Translations under genes and position numbers: made by a program
Notes under the pieces: generated by a model
Seen by the model: only the letters and a program-made list of their open reading frames with translations
What the model was told of the DNA's origin: nothing
Databases searched by the model: none
Assembly: GCA_036172245.1 (NCBI GenBank)
Contig: JAYWIR010000011.1
Location: forward strand, 2,418,001-2,482,000
Length of the DNA stretch: 64,000 nucleotides
Reading direction: 5' to 3'
From: Raillietiella orientalis
Taxonomy: Eukaryota
Shown here: piece after piece, positions 1 through 13,150 of the stretch
Layout of the letters: each line of letters starts with the position of its first letter
Numbering within the stretch: position 1 is the stretch's first letter

Positions 1-2765
1 GCCGCAGCCTCGGCGCGTAGTGGTCACCCCTGAGGTCCCTCTCGAGAGGAGTGCCGTTCCTTCTGCCGGCTTCCCGGAAGCTGTTTCCCTCCTTCGTTCC
101 GAACGACCACCCTCCAGGAGGCAGCAACAGCCCTTCGTAAGACGTCGCTGCCGATGAAAGACCTCTCACCTCGAGCCAGGGCTGTTCCAGGAGGGGCACG
201 GGTGGCTGTTCCCAGAACTCCCTGAGCTTCCGTCAGGCTTGAAGATACCCTTCAGCGTCCGATCAGCCGAAGATCGAAGGTCTCTCTTACTGACCTTAGG
301 ACCTGAGGGATGCGAGGCAGAAATGTGGCGGTCCCCGCTCCCGGGCATCCCTGAAAACGACTCTGGATGGGTATTGGGGAAGGTGGAGGGGCTGCTGTCT
401 CTGCTGGGATCGTTGGGCTTTGGGGAATGCTTCCGGTATTCTTATCTCACCTGCTGCTTCTCTTCCTAGAGTTCCGAACGATTCACTTCTGGCGTTTCTG
501 AGGTGCGGCCCTTCTCCTCTGGAAACGCTCCGCGGACCATGGCAACGGAGCACACCGCAGGTCAGGTCCCACCGGGCCTTGCAAGCGACCCTGGATTTCT
601 GGACTGCGAGGTCCAGCGAGCGAATGCAAATCCCGTGGCTTCGGACACATCTCGCCAGAAGTGCGTCAGGATTTTCTGGAAGCTCTGTCAGCAGCTGGCT
701 GGTTGAAGGACCTGAGCCCCGCAGACGTCGGTTCGGATCTCTCCCACTGCACCCTTCTGGGGTGCAAGTATTTCCCTTTCCCGCCCACTTTGGCTCTTCC
801 TTCTCCATGGCCTACTTTCCGAAGTTGTTCGACGAGCGGAAGAAGCTGGTCTGGCGACGCTGAGCGTTTCCCGGCCAGGAAACGCTCAGCGTCGCCGGAC
901 CAGCCCCCGCCTGTCAGCTGTTCGGGGACTGGGGATGCTTGCGGGAGCTGCACTGGTCTCTTCGGAAATAGGAGCAAACGGTGGCGCTCCCTGCCTACGG
1001 CGCGCCCTCAGCTCGGTGTCCAGGAATCGGGATCAGTAGGGGCGAACCGGGCTGCTCACCTGACTCGTTCATCCCTCTCTGGGTAGCGCTCAGGGGAACG
1101 GAGAGGGGACCTTCCGGAGGAAAATGGATGCTCCGGAATTGGCTGCCCTCTGGCAGGGAGGGTGCTCGGCTGCTGCAGGAGACATGGGAAACGACATTAG
1201 CGTCTCCTGGAACTTCGAAGTGGCCCCGGTTCGCTAGCCTAGCAGCCGGGGAAATCAATCACCATCTTCTTCTATCTACTCTACGCAGCATTGGCGCCGG
1301 CTGAGGAAGCCCAGAAGTTTCTAGGCGTGGCAATTTGCAAACGGGAAAGAAGAGTCTTCCGCTGTTACAGAGGTGTGTAATTGGAGCTGATAAGCGTGTT
1401 GAGAAGGCTGTCTTGTTTGTGTGAATTGATGAGGAGTCAGCATCACGCCCATCTGGGCCGCTTACTCGGTGGTCCTTGCATCTTCCTTTATGCCCGGCAT
1501 CTTTCTCAGGTTGTGAGCAGGTTAACGAGGAGGCGATCTTTTCGGTGAGCTACGATCACACATGCAGAAAGCACGTGTGATTGATGGTTTTCTATTAAGC
1601 CCAACGGTAGGAAAATTTTTCCATGGGTATGATCCAGTTTTTTGTTCTAACGTTATTAGCAGAAGAAGGCAGGAAACCGCCGAAACAAGAGTCCAAGAGA
1701 TCCGTGGACTCCAGGGGAACCCTCAACTTGGGCTATGGGTTCAAACCACACATCACAGGGTACTCCTTCTTCCTGAAGCTTTATGGATTCCAGACTCCTA
1801 ACCTCTTTTCCCAAGTATCGAACTGCGGGCATCTGCTTCCTAGAACACTCTTGAGCAGGTTTTTCCTGGGGCTCTCGCCGGTTGATCCCACCACAAGGAG
1901 TGTGTATCGGATGTGTTCTGCTCGCCCACGTGGCGTTCGTCTCCCTCCGTTGCCCTGCGAAGATTCACCTGGTTCTTCGCCAACGTGCTCGACTCGCATC
2001 TGGAAAGAAGCCGAAAGAGATGCACTCGCTCGCTCGTTAAAGCAAGAGCCAGTAGAAGAAATTCCAAGGTGCTCTTGATGCACGCTTGAATTCCGTATTT
2101 CAGCTCTCGTGTGCTGAGAAAGGCTATTTTTAAACTCAACAATGGTGTGGAAAGCGTTTCATTGTTTTCGAAACTTCAACAACGAAATTTACAACATGTG
2201 GGTATTTTCCAGCTGTAACAATGGATTGGGACGCGCTTCCTAGGTTCTAACCGTACCCTTTCAAAGCTGCCCATCGCAGCCCCGCTCTGCTGGGCCCAGA
2301 CTTTCGGAGAGATGCAAAAAGCAAACGACAAGTCCAAGTTGCCGTTCTTGCTGCCGGAGGAAAGCAGGCAAATTATTCTTATGCTTCCGCGGTTCAGAAA
2401 TAAATTCTTGATGATGATGTGTTCTCGAATTTTCGCTTGGGCCGTCTGATATTCACGATGGCGAGCTCCTTCATACCACCAGGTTCCGTCATTTCTCGCT
2501 CTCTCCTGGAACATTCGTGTTTCTCGAATTCGAAATGCTCGCAGTACATTCACTGAGCACGAACACACGGGGGATTTCTTGTTTTTTTCTTTAGCTCGTG
2601 ATTAACCAACATTTCATCTGGAGTAACGCCAAAAGATCTGCGTTGCAAAAATCAAAATGTTGGAGATGCATGAAGCTGACAGACAATCAGTCTGAAATTG
2701 CACTTCTCACAGAACGGAGCACGGATAACGAAACCGACAGAGTCTGTGAATCACCGATGATGTGA
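1..2765 (+). CDS. Possible 3' portion of a multi-exon protein-coding gene with short introns, product unknown
   Basis: Phase-compatible splice chain: exon 1..136 |GTAAGA..TTCCAG| 191..; polypyrimidine acceptor at 1288, exon 1289..1372 (LAPAEEAQKFLGVAICKRERRVFRCYR), exon 1510..1544, intron 1760..1815; strong acceptor TTTTTTTCTTTAG at 2594 then an open frame to TGA at 2763-2765. No recognisable domain, and several boundaries are ambiguous. Confidence 0.35.
845..904. repeat. Near-perfect inverted repeat (27-bp arms, 6-nt loop)
   Basis: 845-871 GCTGGTCTGGCGACGCTGAGCGTTTCC pairs with 878-904 GGAAACGCTCAGCGTCGCCGGACCAGC; one mismatch (a G-U pair in + strand RNA). Confidence 0.9.
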
Positions 2766-2780
2766 TCCCCCTGTATTTCG

Positions 2781-2820
2781 TGTGTGTGTGTGTGTGTGTT
2801 TAAAAACACACACACACACA
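2781..2820. repeat. Head-to-head (TG)n/(CA)n microsatellite palindrome
   Basis: (TG)9 TTTAAAAA (CA)7. Confidence 0.9.
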
Positions 2821-5800
2821 TACATAAAAAGAAAAATAATAATTACGCACCTTCAGAGCATCCAGAGGAAGCCGTTTCGCATATTTTTTTCCTTTTCCTC
2901 CGAATTCATCATTTGCCTTCTAAGAGGGCAATTGAGGATCTTTTCAATTTTCGGCTGGAGGCCCGTTTTCCGTAAGTCAGAGCCGGCAATTACGCCCCCA
3001 CCGGCTCGAAGACGAAGGGTGGAAGCCAGACTCACCTCTTCCGCGGATACGAGATAAAGTGAATTATTTTAAGCAGGGATACGAAATGATGATGATTAAG
3101 ATCCATTAATTGTGATGGAACTAAATTGTGGAAACGAAAGCGTGTAGGATCATGGCGAGGTCTCTCCGGAGGAATCGGAAGACGAAGTCCAGCTTTTTCC
3201 TTTTGGAAAATGGAAACCACGAAATTTCTCCCCAAATCGGGTTTCGGGCTGCCCTCTCAAGGATGTTGCAGCGCGCAGCATGTTTGTTTGCTTCCCTTGA
3301 AACACGCCCAAAAAGGGGGAAGCCACCCCCTTTTCACCTTAGGCTGCAAATCCAAGAATAACGAGAGGACTGCAGGCATCACAACAGATCAATTTATGGC
3401 ACAGGGAAAAACCGGGGTCCAGAGAGAGACTGGAAAATCAATCTCATGGAACGAAGTGCCGCTTCCCCCTTTCCGAACTGACCAGACCGCTTCCCTGGAA
3501 AACCGTCCTCTGCTACTTCCCACTCCCCCTCCGCAGAGCTCGGACCACCGAGGACGCGTCCCTGCGAACCGAGATTTTTCCGGATCGAGACCTGCGGCCG
3601 CGCTCCTTGCAGCAGCCACCCTTGTCCACGATCCCCTTTTCGCTTGGCGACCTCCTCCCGGATCTGTCTGCGGAGGAGCGGTCCGCCCGGCCGTCTACCC
3701 CCGGTCCCCGCCGCCGCTCCTTCGGAAAAGCGCGCGCGCATTTTGCCCTCTTTCCGCTCCCGGCTCTCGAAACAAGCGTGACCTTTATCTGGAACGTGCT
3801 CTCTCCCACTTGTGGTCTCCGCAGAAATCGGCTGCCTGCCTCCCTTTGTTGTTCGCTGTTGCAGGTAAAAAAGCTGCGAAGATTTTCCAAGAGGAGGAAG
3901 AAGAAAAAACTCTTTGTTTGCGATTCACCGTGCTGCCATTCTTCTCCGTCGCTTCCTACGGCCCCGATGCTTTCTCTGCTTTGCAGCACCCGCCGCAAGT
4001 GGCCCTCCCGGTCAAGCATGGAAAATCGCCCGCCGTACACACTGCGGAGGAGCGGAGAGCCCCGGAAAAAGCCGCCGCCCGCGTGGTGGCGGCACATCTC
4101 TTGTTCGCCCGAGTGAGGCCAAGCCGAGACCCCCGTCGGGCAGGAGCCACAGAAAGCAGGAGAGAGCTTCCTTATTTCATGCTGGCTCCCTTCCCCCGCC
4201 TGCGGAAGAGGGAGAGCTGACAGTGCTGCTCCAGCTCACTGCTGCCCCGAGAACCCACTCTCCCTGGCACCGCTATCGACTCGAAAGGAGGGGGAAGAGG
4301 GAGCAGGATCCCGGCAAGGTGCTTTGGCTGGCGAGACCTCTGCCAGGACTTCCTTGCCCAGCTTGAGCCTCGGAGTCATGGAAACGCACCTCCTCTCGCA
4401 ATCTTTCTTGAGCAGCGGAACCGCTGAGTTTTCCCCTCCCCGTTTTTAGCCCGCCGCTGATCGGAGTCTGGAAACCCCGCTGGGGGCCGCAGCTGCTCCT
4501 TGCATTCGTACCGGAGCTCATCGTCTCGTTCACAAGAGAGGAAGGAGCCCCTCAGAGACGCTCCGCGCCAGTGGGAGCCACTTCTAACGAGTTTCCGCTG
4601 GCACCGCCGGCGTCCCGAGAGGAATTGCCACCCTCCCCCAGCCTTCCCTGCAGCTATTGCAGAGATGCGTCAACCGCGCCAGTCACGTGGAAGGGTCGGC
4701 TGTGGATACACCGGTACCGGAGGCGGCGTTCCGTCTTCCCTTCCCCGGAGCAACGGATGCGCGGATTCCGGGAAGCAGCATCCGCAGATGCGTATGTGGA
4801 TGCTACTTGCGGCGGTCTTTTCAGGACTTTTTTTTTTTTTTTCCTGTCCGTCTTTTCGAACCCTCAAGAACGGACCAACCCACCTCAGCCGTTCGGATGA
4901 CTTTCGGGTGACCTGCGCCTGAGTGAGGAGAGGCAGCAGCAGCAGCAGCGCAGTCTTGCCACTGCCTCCCCGAGCTCCCTCAATGTCGCTCCGGGGCTGT
5001 CATCCCTCCTCCTCCTCGATCCCGTCGCCATTCCCTCCAGCCTCGTGGAATCCACCCGGAGCGCCATCGACGCGAAGAGACCGAATGCAGGCAGCGAGCC
5101 GCGCCTGCCGCCGCCGCTTGCTGCGCAGATCCGGTCCAAAGAGGGAGGAAGGCAAAAAAGGGGCTTCTGAGGACGCGGTGCAGAGTCCCTCCCCCATCTC
5201 GGACCCCGCAGGCGCAGAGAACCTTTCACTTTCCGGATGGTCTGGGCGACGCGTACCAAATGGGCAGTTACATCCGCGACGGACGTGCGTCTTGCGGCGA
5301 CGACGGTTCCTCGCGAGGCGGCGGCCGGCGCGTCCATGAGCACTCGCCGAGCTGCACGCAGGAAGCCAACACGAACACTTTAAAGAAGTGAGGTGGGAAT
5401 AAGACGGATGACGTAAAGACGGCAGCGGCTCCCTCAAAGCACATGCGCCTTCCCGACGATCCCGGGGATTCGCCACATCTGCGTAGAGCCCGGAACGCGG
5501 CTCGCGCACTGCTGCTGTTCCGGAATGTCCCTCCAGCGTCGTTTTTCAACGGGGGTCTCGACGCACCCCGATCGTTTCCTTACTGGAGGCGTCCTCGGAG
5601 GGAAGGTGGTCCCCGTTCTACGGAAGGAAGGTGGTGAGAGGAGGCGAATCCCCTCGGTCAGGTCGCAGGTCTTCGCGCCGTGGCGCATCTGCCGGAGAGC
5701 ACGCAGACGAAAAGGGGGAGAGGCCAACCCGCTGCGCCGCGGCGGGGAAACGGGGGGGGGGAAGGCAGCGGCGGCCGAAGGTTGGTTAGGGAAGCTCCTC

Positions 5801-8499
5801 GGGGAGCAAGAGAGGAACGTCGTGGCTTGGGCGCGCGGAGGCCGCTGCCAGACGGACCGCTGCTTTCCACAACTGCGGTTTCCGCTTTCGATTTCGGTCC
5901 TCGAAATGGGTCGGAATGCTCCAGAGGGGAGGAGAGCGTGTGTGGGCAGGCGATCCGTCGTTTCCGATGCAGCCTAATGTGGACGTGTAATTGGCCAACA
6001 ATTAGCACGGCTGCTCCCCCCCCCCCACGAGAGAAGATTTTTGCAGCAGCGGGGGGATGGAAATGCGGCTGGCCTTCCTTCAGCGCCGTGGGATCCGCCA
6101 GAGCTCGACCCACCTGGAATGCCAGCGTCGAGGGAAGAAGCTGCGGACGCGCGCGGCGAGCCGGAAACGCCAGAGGTCGCTACGGCGCCGCAAAAACTGC
6201 GCGGCTGCGGCTTGCTTCTCGGCAGCAGCGGCGGTGCTGACAACGGGTGGACCAGGGCGGGAGCGAAAAGGGCCGTGCACGCATGCGCGCATGCACTTCC
6301 TCCCCCTCCGCCTTGGAATCCGACCCCGTCGACACGTGGGGATCGTGACGTCGGCTTCGGTTCCCGGTGCGCCTCCTGAGGAGCGGGCACGAGGAGGCTT
6401 CCGTGACCGCGTCTGCGAGCGGATGTTTCCTGGAAGAGAGGGCAGCGCGGCTCGCGCGCGCGGATGGGTGCCTGCCTTCTCCCACGGGGCGCGGGGCGGC
6501 TACGTCACGGGTGGGTGGGGAGATCTGGGCGGTCCTTTGCAAACGTGTCGGCGATGTTCCGCTACGGGTCCTTTGTGCGAACCAGGGAACCTGAGGGGGT
6601 GCTCGGAAGGCTACGGGAGCAGCGAGCGACGGCTCGGAGATCGCCCGGGACACGCTGTACCCGGGAACCTTGGACCCTCGAAGCGGGCAGCTGCCCCAGT
6701 TCGGTCCCCGCAAAGCGGAAGAAGAAGACACGGCAGATGGTACCCGGAAGGAACAAAGATGGTTCTGGACTAACCTCCTGCTCTTTGCTCGATGCCTCGC
6801 TCGTCGTTGCGACCACGGTGGCCTCGGAATTCTCGGATGGAGCTCAGGGATCCGCTATGGTCCGAACTAGGTTCGAGGAAGGAGGGTGGGGGAGCCTAAT
6901 CGACCCTTATCCTGAGGGGTGAGTGCACGGGAACTGACATCGTGCTTCCTGTTGAAGCAGTGGAGGGATCGGGATGGTAGTTTCCGTTTCCTTCATCTCG
7001 TGGTGACATTCTCGGAGACGCGGACCCCCACGACGCCAGCGGGTGGAAGAAAGGGGACTGAGGGGGTGGGTAGTGAGGGACAGGCGGCCCATCCTCACGT
7101 CTGTGGAAACGGAAGGACGAAGCGGAAGAGAAGAAACTGGCGCGGCGGTGGCACCACGAAAGCGTCAGCTCGACCGAACTTTGCCGGCCGCAAGGAGGCG
7201 ACCCGAAGACGAGGAAGCGAAGACCGGACGCGCCGCGGACGCGTGGCGCGCGCCCGCGCATCCCCCACCCTCGCCGCCCACCCATGCGGCGGCACCACAC
7301 GGTTGACGAGCAAAGGAGGCACGCAAGGGCGGCGGAGGACGGACTAACGGCGGTCGCTGCCTGTCCACGGGGACAGAAAATGAAAAAATGCAACCTGGAT
7401 GGGACCGTGATCAACCCTGGAATTAGAATGGGGATGAAAGGAATGAGGTCGATAAAAGCATTTCAAAGTATAATAATGAAGATGTGGCCGGTAATGTTGG
7501 CTGTAAGTCATATGGAAAGGGATATTGGTTGCATTACGAGTGCAGATGTTCCACAGAAATGTCCAAGGGTCAGAAGGGACCGTGAAGCGCAATTGTTCCA
7601 TCATTTTGTCTAGAGGTAAGGGCCTTGAAGCGCAGCTGTTGCACAGAAATGCCCAGAACATTTGTAGCGATCCATACTCAAGCATCGCACACTGCAAGTG
7701 GTAACGTATTGGTCATCACTCGGGCTCGATGCTTTCCACTGCTTTGAGGGGGTTTCTTCCGCGAGGTGTTTCGTCCTGGATCATTTCGGTGTGATGAACT
7801 TTCGGAAGGGAAGTTGCGACCATTCTTCTTCAGCTGACGACGATCCATTTCTCTGGAAGTCCAGAGTCGCGTCGAAACCCGCCGAGGCTCCGGTGAGCAC
7901 TCCGTCCCGAGTGGAATGTCACCCGGCAACATCCCGTAACTTGTTCTGATCGCCCAGAGTCCCGGGAACCTGCCAAATCGGTGCCTATGTTTCTCTGAAA
8001 CAGATCCAAGAAGATGACGCGTCCTTCCCCACTGTCGTTCGAAGAACCGAACGAGCGGTTGGTAGTTCTCGGTTGCTAGGCAAACTCTCTCTTCCTTCTT
8101 TTTTTTTTTCTCCGGCTCCCCCGAAGTCGAAGGGGGAGGGAGTGGGGGAATCCTCTCCGTCTGCCCTGCGTGATCGCACCGTTGCCTCCCGAACACGCGT
8201 TCGTCGGGTTCCTTTGTCCCGCTTCCCGGGTTTTCGAAGTGCGCTCATAGAGGGGCCGGCATTCCCGTGTTCCTCGCTGCTCCTCTCCGCAGCCAGTTCG
8301 ACGCCTCTCCTCCTTTAGAAGAGCCCTCGGGGTGTCTCTCGTCCTTCCGTTCTGCTCGTCGTTGGCAGCAGCAGCACAAGAGAAGTTCCACAGGGACGGA
8401 TTTCCGCGCCCTTTGATCGCCCGGGCCCGCGGTGGGGCCTCCCAGACACCAAGCCCACTCTTTCGATCTCCACGAAGACAACAACAACAAAGAATAAGC

Positions 8500-9300
8500 G
8501 AGGTCAACTCGATGCCCTTTGATGCTGGGTTCTGCATCGACGAGGATGCAAACCTGAAGCGCGGCGCCACCTTCCGAGACTGCTCGGAAGCGGCTCCTAG
8601 GCGAGCGGACGCCTGCGGGACCTTAGCCCCGAGGGTGCGTCTGCACTCACCATGAAGGAGTGGAGGGTCTCCCTACCCCAGAGGGTCCCGCGAAAACCCC
8701 CGGAACCCCGTCCTCGATCGGCCGCCGTCCGGCCCCTTGAGCACGCGTTCTAAGACTTCCCTCCGCCCGCCACTCCGCCGCCGCATGGCGAAGGTTTCGT
8801 GACGGCCCCGGGGCACGCGGGAGAAGGCAAGGCAGAAGAACGGGTTCGCCGCCCTTCCTCCTCTTCTGCACCGCTGGAAGGTTGACCGAAAGTCCTCGCC
8901 CCTCCCCGTGCCCGCATCGGGAAGCAGCTCCGAAGATGGCGGCGGAGTGAGGCTCGGAGCCGGATGAGGAACCGCTCCAGGTAGAGAGGGCAGGGGCAGA
9001 TCCGTTCCCTGCCCCCCGGGTCTGATCAGGCAAAGGTAAGGTTCACCTCTTCGAGCTCCCCTGGCCGCCACTTCCCTTGCCGCCGCCTGTCACGGGAGAG
9101 CATCGGCGACCCCCAGGACTCCAGAGGGACGCGCCGCCACCGGAAAGCCGCTCGCAGCCCTCGTCGTCCTCAAGAGGGCAAGGTTCGGTGGAGTGGTACG
9201 ACTATGTGGTCAGGCGACCCTCAAGCCGGGACTTCACCCAACCCAGATTTCCCCCTTCCCGTCCCTGCCCGGTGAAGGCCGCCGTCCCTCCCAAGCCCCT
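8500..9300 (+). mobile_element. Decayed non-LTR (RTE-like) retrotransposon, RT C-terminal part
   Basis: By-eye motif relics in the expected order: RFRDG (~RFADD), SGSSSEDGG (~LGSxISxDG), AKVR (~TKVRLY), VEWYDYVVRRP (~LRWYGHVxRR). Frameshifted; boundaries approximate. Confidence 0.35.
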
Positions 9301-12300
9301 AACTTATTCATCTGCTCATTGGCCCTCCCTTCTCCCCCTGGTCCCTAGTGAGGTTTGACCCTTCCGATTCGGACCGCAGCTCCGACGCCGGTGCGCAGCC
9401 GCCCTCTGCTGACGAGCTGGTGCTGCTAGCGACCTCCGGAGGTGCTGGAGGTCCGCGGTGGCTGCATTGCCATCGCCGCTTGCCCCCAGCTGTTTCCGGA
9501 GGAGCATTCCGTGTCCAGGATCTGTTCCTCCCTCGGCGACAGGGGTTGCATCCCTTGGCCATCCCCTAGCCTGGCGACGCGCCCGTGGAGCCTGCACCCG
9601 TCCGAGCGTTCCCGGACGGGAGGGTGATGTTCCGCGCTTCATGGCGGAGCAGAGCGATGGGCGCTCCTTCCCTTCGCCTGCTCCTCAGGAAGGCGGCACC
9701 CCCAACCGTCTCCCGTTCTTTCCCCCCTTTTTTGTGTTCTCCCCCCCCCCTTTTCAATAAATGGCCCGGCATCCGGCGTGATGAGGTCACGACCTCGCGC
9801 GCGGAGTGGATATGCCCTTAAGCAGCTGAAAGGAGGGAACAGCAGAGCTTGCTGATCCGCCATCTGCAGCTTCCGTGAGAGGGAAGCGTTTTTCGAGCCT
9901 GCCTGGCAACTGGACTTTTTTTTTTCCTGCTGCATCGGGTCCCTTTCTCCTCCCCTTCCAGGGAAGAAGTGGCTTCGGAGGAAGGGGAGGGGATTCCGCC
10001 CCCCGACCGCCCCCCTCGCCTTTCAGGCCAGCCTTCCTGGGGCCAAGATGGCTCGAGTCGGACCGCTAGAGAGATCGATCGACCGCCGCCGCTACGACTC
10101 CCGGAGCGGGAGCGGTTCCCGCAGGGAGGGCGACCCGCGGGGGAGGAGGGAGCTTCCGCGGTATGGGCCCGTTAGGTCACGGAGCACCCCGCTGAAAGGC
10201 CTCCGGCGCCGAGTCGCGCGCGTGAGGCCGAGCGCCGCCGGCCCCCTTGGAAGGCTCCCACCCAGCGGGCCAGCTAAACATCCGTCACCCCGCTGGGAGC
10301 CACTCGAAGGACGCGGGAAGCCGGGCGCTGTCGTCGTCCGCCTCTCGGCCTCGTGCGCGTCTCCACTTGGATTCCACGGAGGGCAATTTCTCCGCGGCTG
10401 CCGTGGTCTAGAGGAGAGCCATGAGGGGGGGAACGGGGAGGGGCCCTACAAGAGAAGTCTCGTCCCGAAAGATGCCGTCTGCCCCGGATGCGCGTCCCGG
10501 GGGCTGACGGACTGTGGTAGGGCGGGAGGGCAGCTCGCTGGGAACCGTCGGAGAAGACGCTCCTCCGGGAACACTGGCCCGTGGCGCGTCTCCGTCCTCT
10601 TCCCCGGGCCTCGAAGAACCTCCTGTGGTTAGAAGGCAGCTGGGACGGCGCTCGAGGGGTCTGGCCGACTCCACTTCTCTCTGGGCTGCGGAGAAGCTGC
10701 CGCGGAGACGGCCGGGAGGGGGCAACCCGGTACCGCCGCGCACCCCCGTCGGACGGGACGAGACCGAGTTGCTGGCGGCCGCCGAGCTTCGCGCAGGTGG
10801 TGGAGGGAGGGGGGGATGGTTGCGGGTCTTGCGGGCCTCGAAGGGGCAGCACAAGCAAGGAGGAAGGCGTGGCTTCCGTCGGAGAGAGCGGAGCGGGTCC
10901 TTCGCTGCTTCTCGACAGGGGGGGGAGCGCGCGCGAAATCCGAGAGACCAGCGCTCTTCGCCCTATCTGCCGGCGGAACGGAGAACCAGTAGCCCAGACG
11001 TCCGGGGTTGGTACGCGCGCTGCCCTTCCGGGTCCAGTTTTCATCAGCCCCTGGACAGCCTCCTCGTCTCGATGGGATGTGCCTCGTCTCGGGTAGAGGG
11101 GGGGCAGGGAGGAGCAACTTGCAGAATCGTCCAGCCGAAGAAGGGAGGAGGGAGGCATACGAGCAGCGCAGTCTCCGCATCTCTGAAGGCGCGCGCGGGT
11201 GTCGAACGCCTCCCCGCCGGGAGGAGGAGAGTCGCCCACTCTGCGTGCCCTCATTTTCCCTCTTCGTGGAGCTTCCGGTGTAGAACGGGCGCTCCCTCCT
11301 TGGCATCCTCCACTGGCGACTCGACGGGGAGGAAGCGCTGCCGCGAGACGACCAAGTGGCCCAACAGGCGCCGGCGGCTCACCCTCTCTTAAAAGCATCG
11401 GTCCATCCACCTGTTTCCCACGAGCCCGCACTTGAGCTCGGGGCTTCCGGATCCGTTTCTTCCCGGATTTCGGAAAAGAACCTTGGAACTTCTTTCCTCC
11501 TTCCGCTAATCCCGGGCGGCCATCCGGGACGTCCTCGAGGTTCCCCCCCCCTCCTGGCCGCCAGCCATCCTACCTTTCCGTCCAGTCCTCTTCCCCCTCC
11601 GCCTCGCCTCTCTCCCGTTCCCACCGAGATCATCAAGGCGTCGGGGGAAACCGGTTCCCGCCAGAACGAATGGCCTGCGGCGTGGCGTCACGGATGACCC
11701 GTCAAAGCAAGCGCGGAAGAGACGGATCGCGGGAGAGTGCGATTTCTAAGGGGACGGGGGAAAACGGCGAGTTCCCGGATACGCGCGGGGATGGAGGCGG
11801 CAGCGGAGAAGGAGGGGGAGGGGGGGACCGGACACGGGGATGGAGGGAGGAAGGAAGGGAAGGGAAGGGAGGAGTAGACGCTCCCTCTCACCGGGGAAGT
11901 GGGGAAAGGAGGAGCCTCGAGACGCTCACGTGCGCGCGTGGCGATGCCGCAGAAGCGGCGCGCGCCTGCGGTCGAGGCGGGTGGGCCGTTCCGCCTCCAA
12001 GATGGCCGCCCGGCGGCATCCCCCCGCGCGGGAGAGGGAAGGCCCTGGACCGGCGTCCGGGAAGGGAGAAGACCTGGGATGGCGCGCGCGCTTGGGGTGA
12101 GCAGCCACCACCCCGGGCCCCGTGCGCCGGAGAGGTCGTGCGGCGGGGGCGTTTCCTGCGCCCTCCCTTCTTCGGCTACGTCGCGAACCGCCGCCATCCT
12201 GCCGCCGCTTCCCCCTGCTCCTCTGCGCGACAAGAGCGCCCTCCCGCGCCGGACGGATACAGCGCGCGCGACCGCGACCGCTCTCCGGAGGGGGTCGGAG

Positions 12301-13150
12301 TGTCCGACAGAAGCGGCAGCTGGGCGACCCCTCGCTGCGAGCGAACGACGGGAGACGCGCGCGCACTGGGAAAGGAAAAGAAAGAAGAAAAAAAGACTTC
12401 GACGGAAGTTGGCGAAGATGGCGCGCGCTCGGCGCATGGGGGGGGGGGATGACGTCACGGAGCGCGCCCTTCGCGGACCGCTCCCCTCTCGGGCTGCAAG
12501 GAGCGGCCGCAACCTCGTCGGGGAGAGGATGGAACATTCCAGCGAGCAAGGGAACGTGGCTCGCGCCGTGGGAACGCGGATCGGGCGAAGGCGACGGGCG
12601 GGGGAGAGCGAGCCATCCTAACGAGGGACGGTGGGCGCTTTAACGAGGAGGACGTGCAGGCGTGCGGGCCGCGCGCAGGATGTCTGTGTGAATCACACAA
12701 AGCTCCCGGCTGCCGCGCGCCAGGTGGGAAGGACGACGACGCGCTACCTGGAATCTCATCGGCGCCGCCTTCTGGCTCCTCAGAATGCGCGCGCCGGCGG
12801 CGCCAGCCGCGAAAGAACACGAAAGAGACGGGGGAAGGGAAGGATGGCACACCCGGCGGCGTGGCAGTGGCCATAGGCGAAGCCCCCCGAAAGCGGACAG
12901 GCGCACCACTCCGTTTCCGGGAAAACCTGCCCCAGACGTTGCTTCACTCCTGGCTGCCCGAATTCTAACGCTTGAAGGTTTGGTGTGAGGGGGAGGGAAG
13001 GAGGAAAACGAGAAGAAGAGCAGGAGGAAAGGACCAGTTGTATCAGGACCAGGCCGTGTCCGGAAGGAGGACCAAAAGAGAAAGAGGGGGAGAGGAAAGC
13101 AGGAAGCAGAAGGAGGAGGAGCAAAGGGAGGAAAGGAGAAGGAAGGGAGG

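Noticed and set aside
2176..2568. Penelope RT motif QQSGAAMGS on the minus strand
   Set aside because: No YVDD or other ordered motifs follow; the plus-strand splice pattern explains the region at least as well
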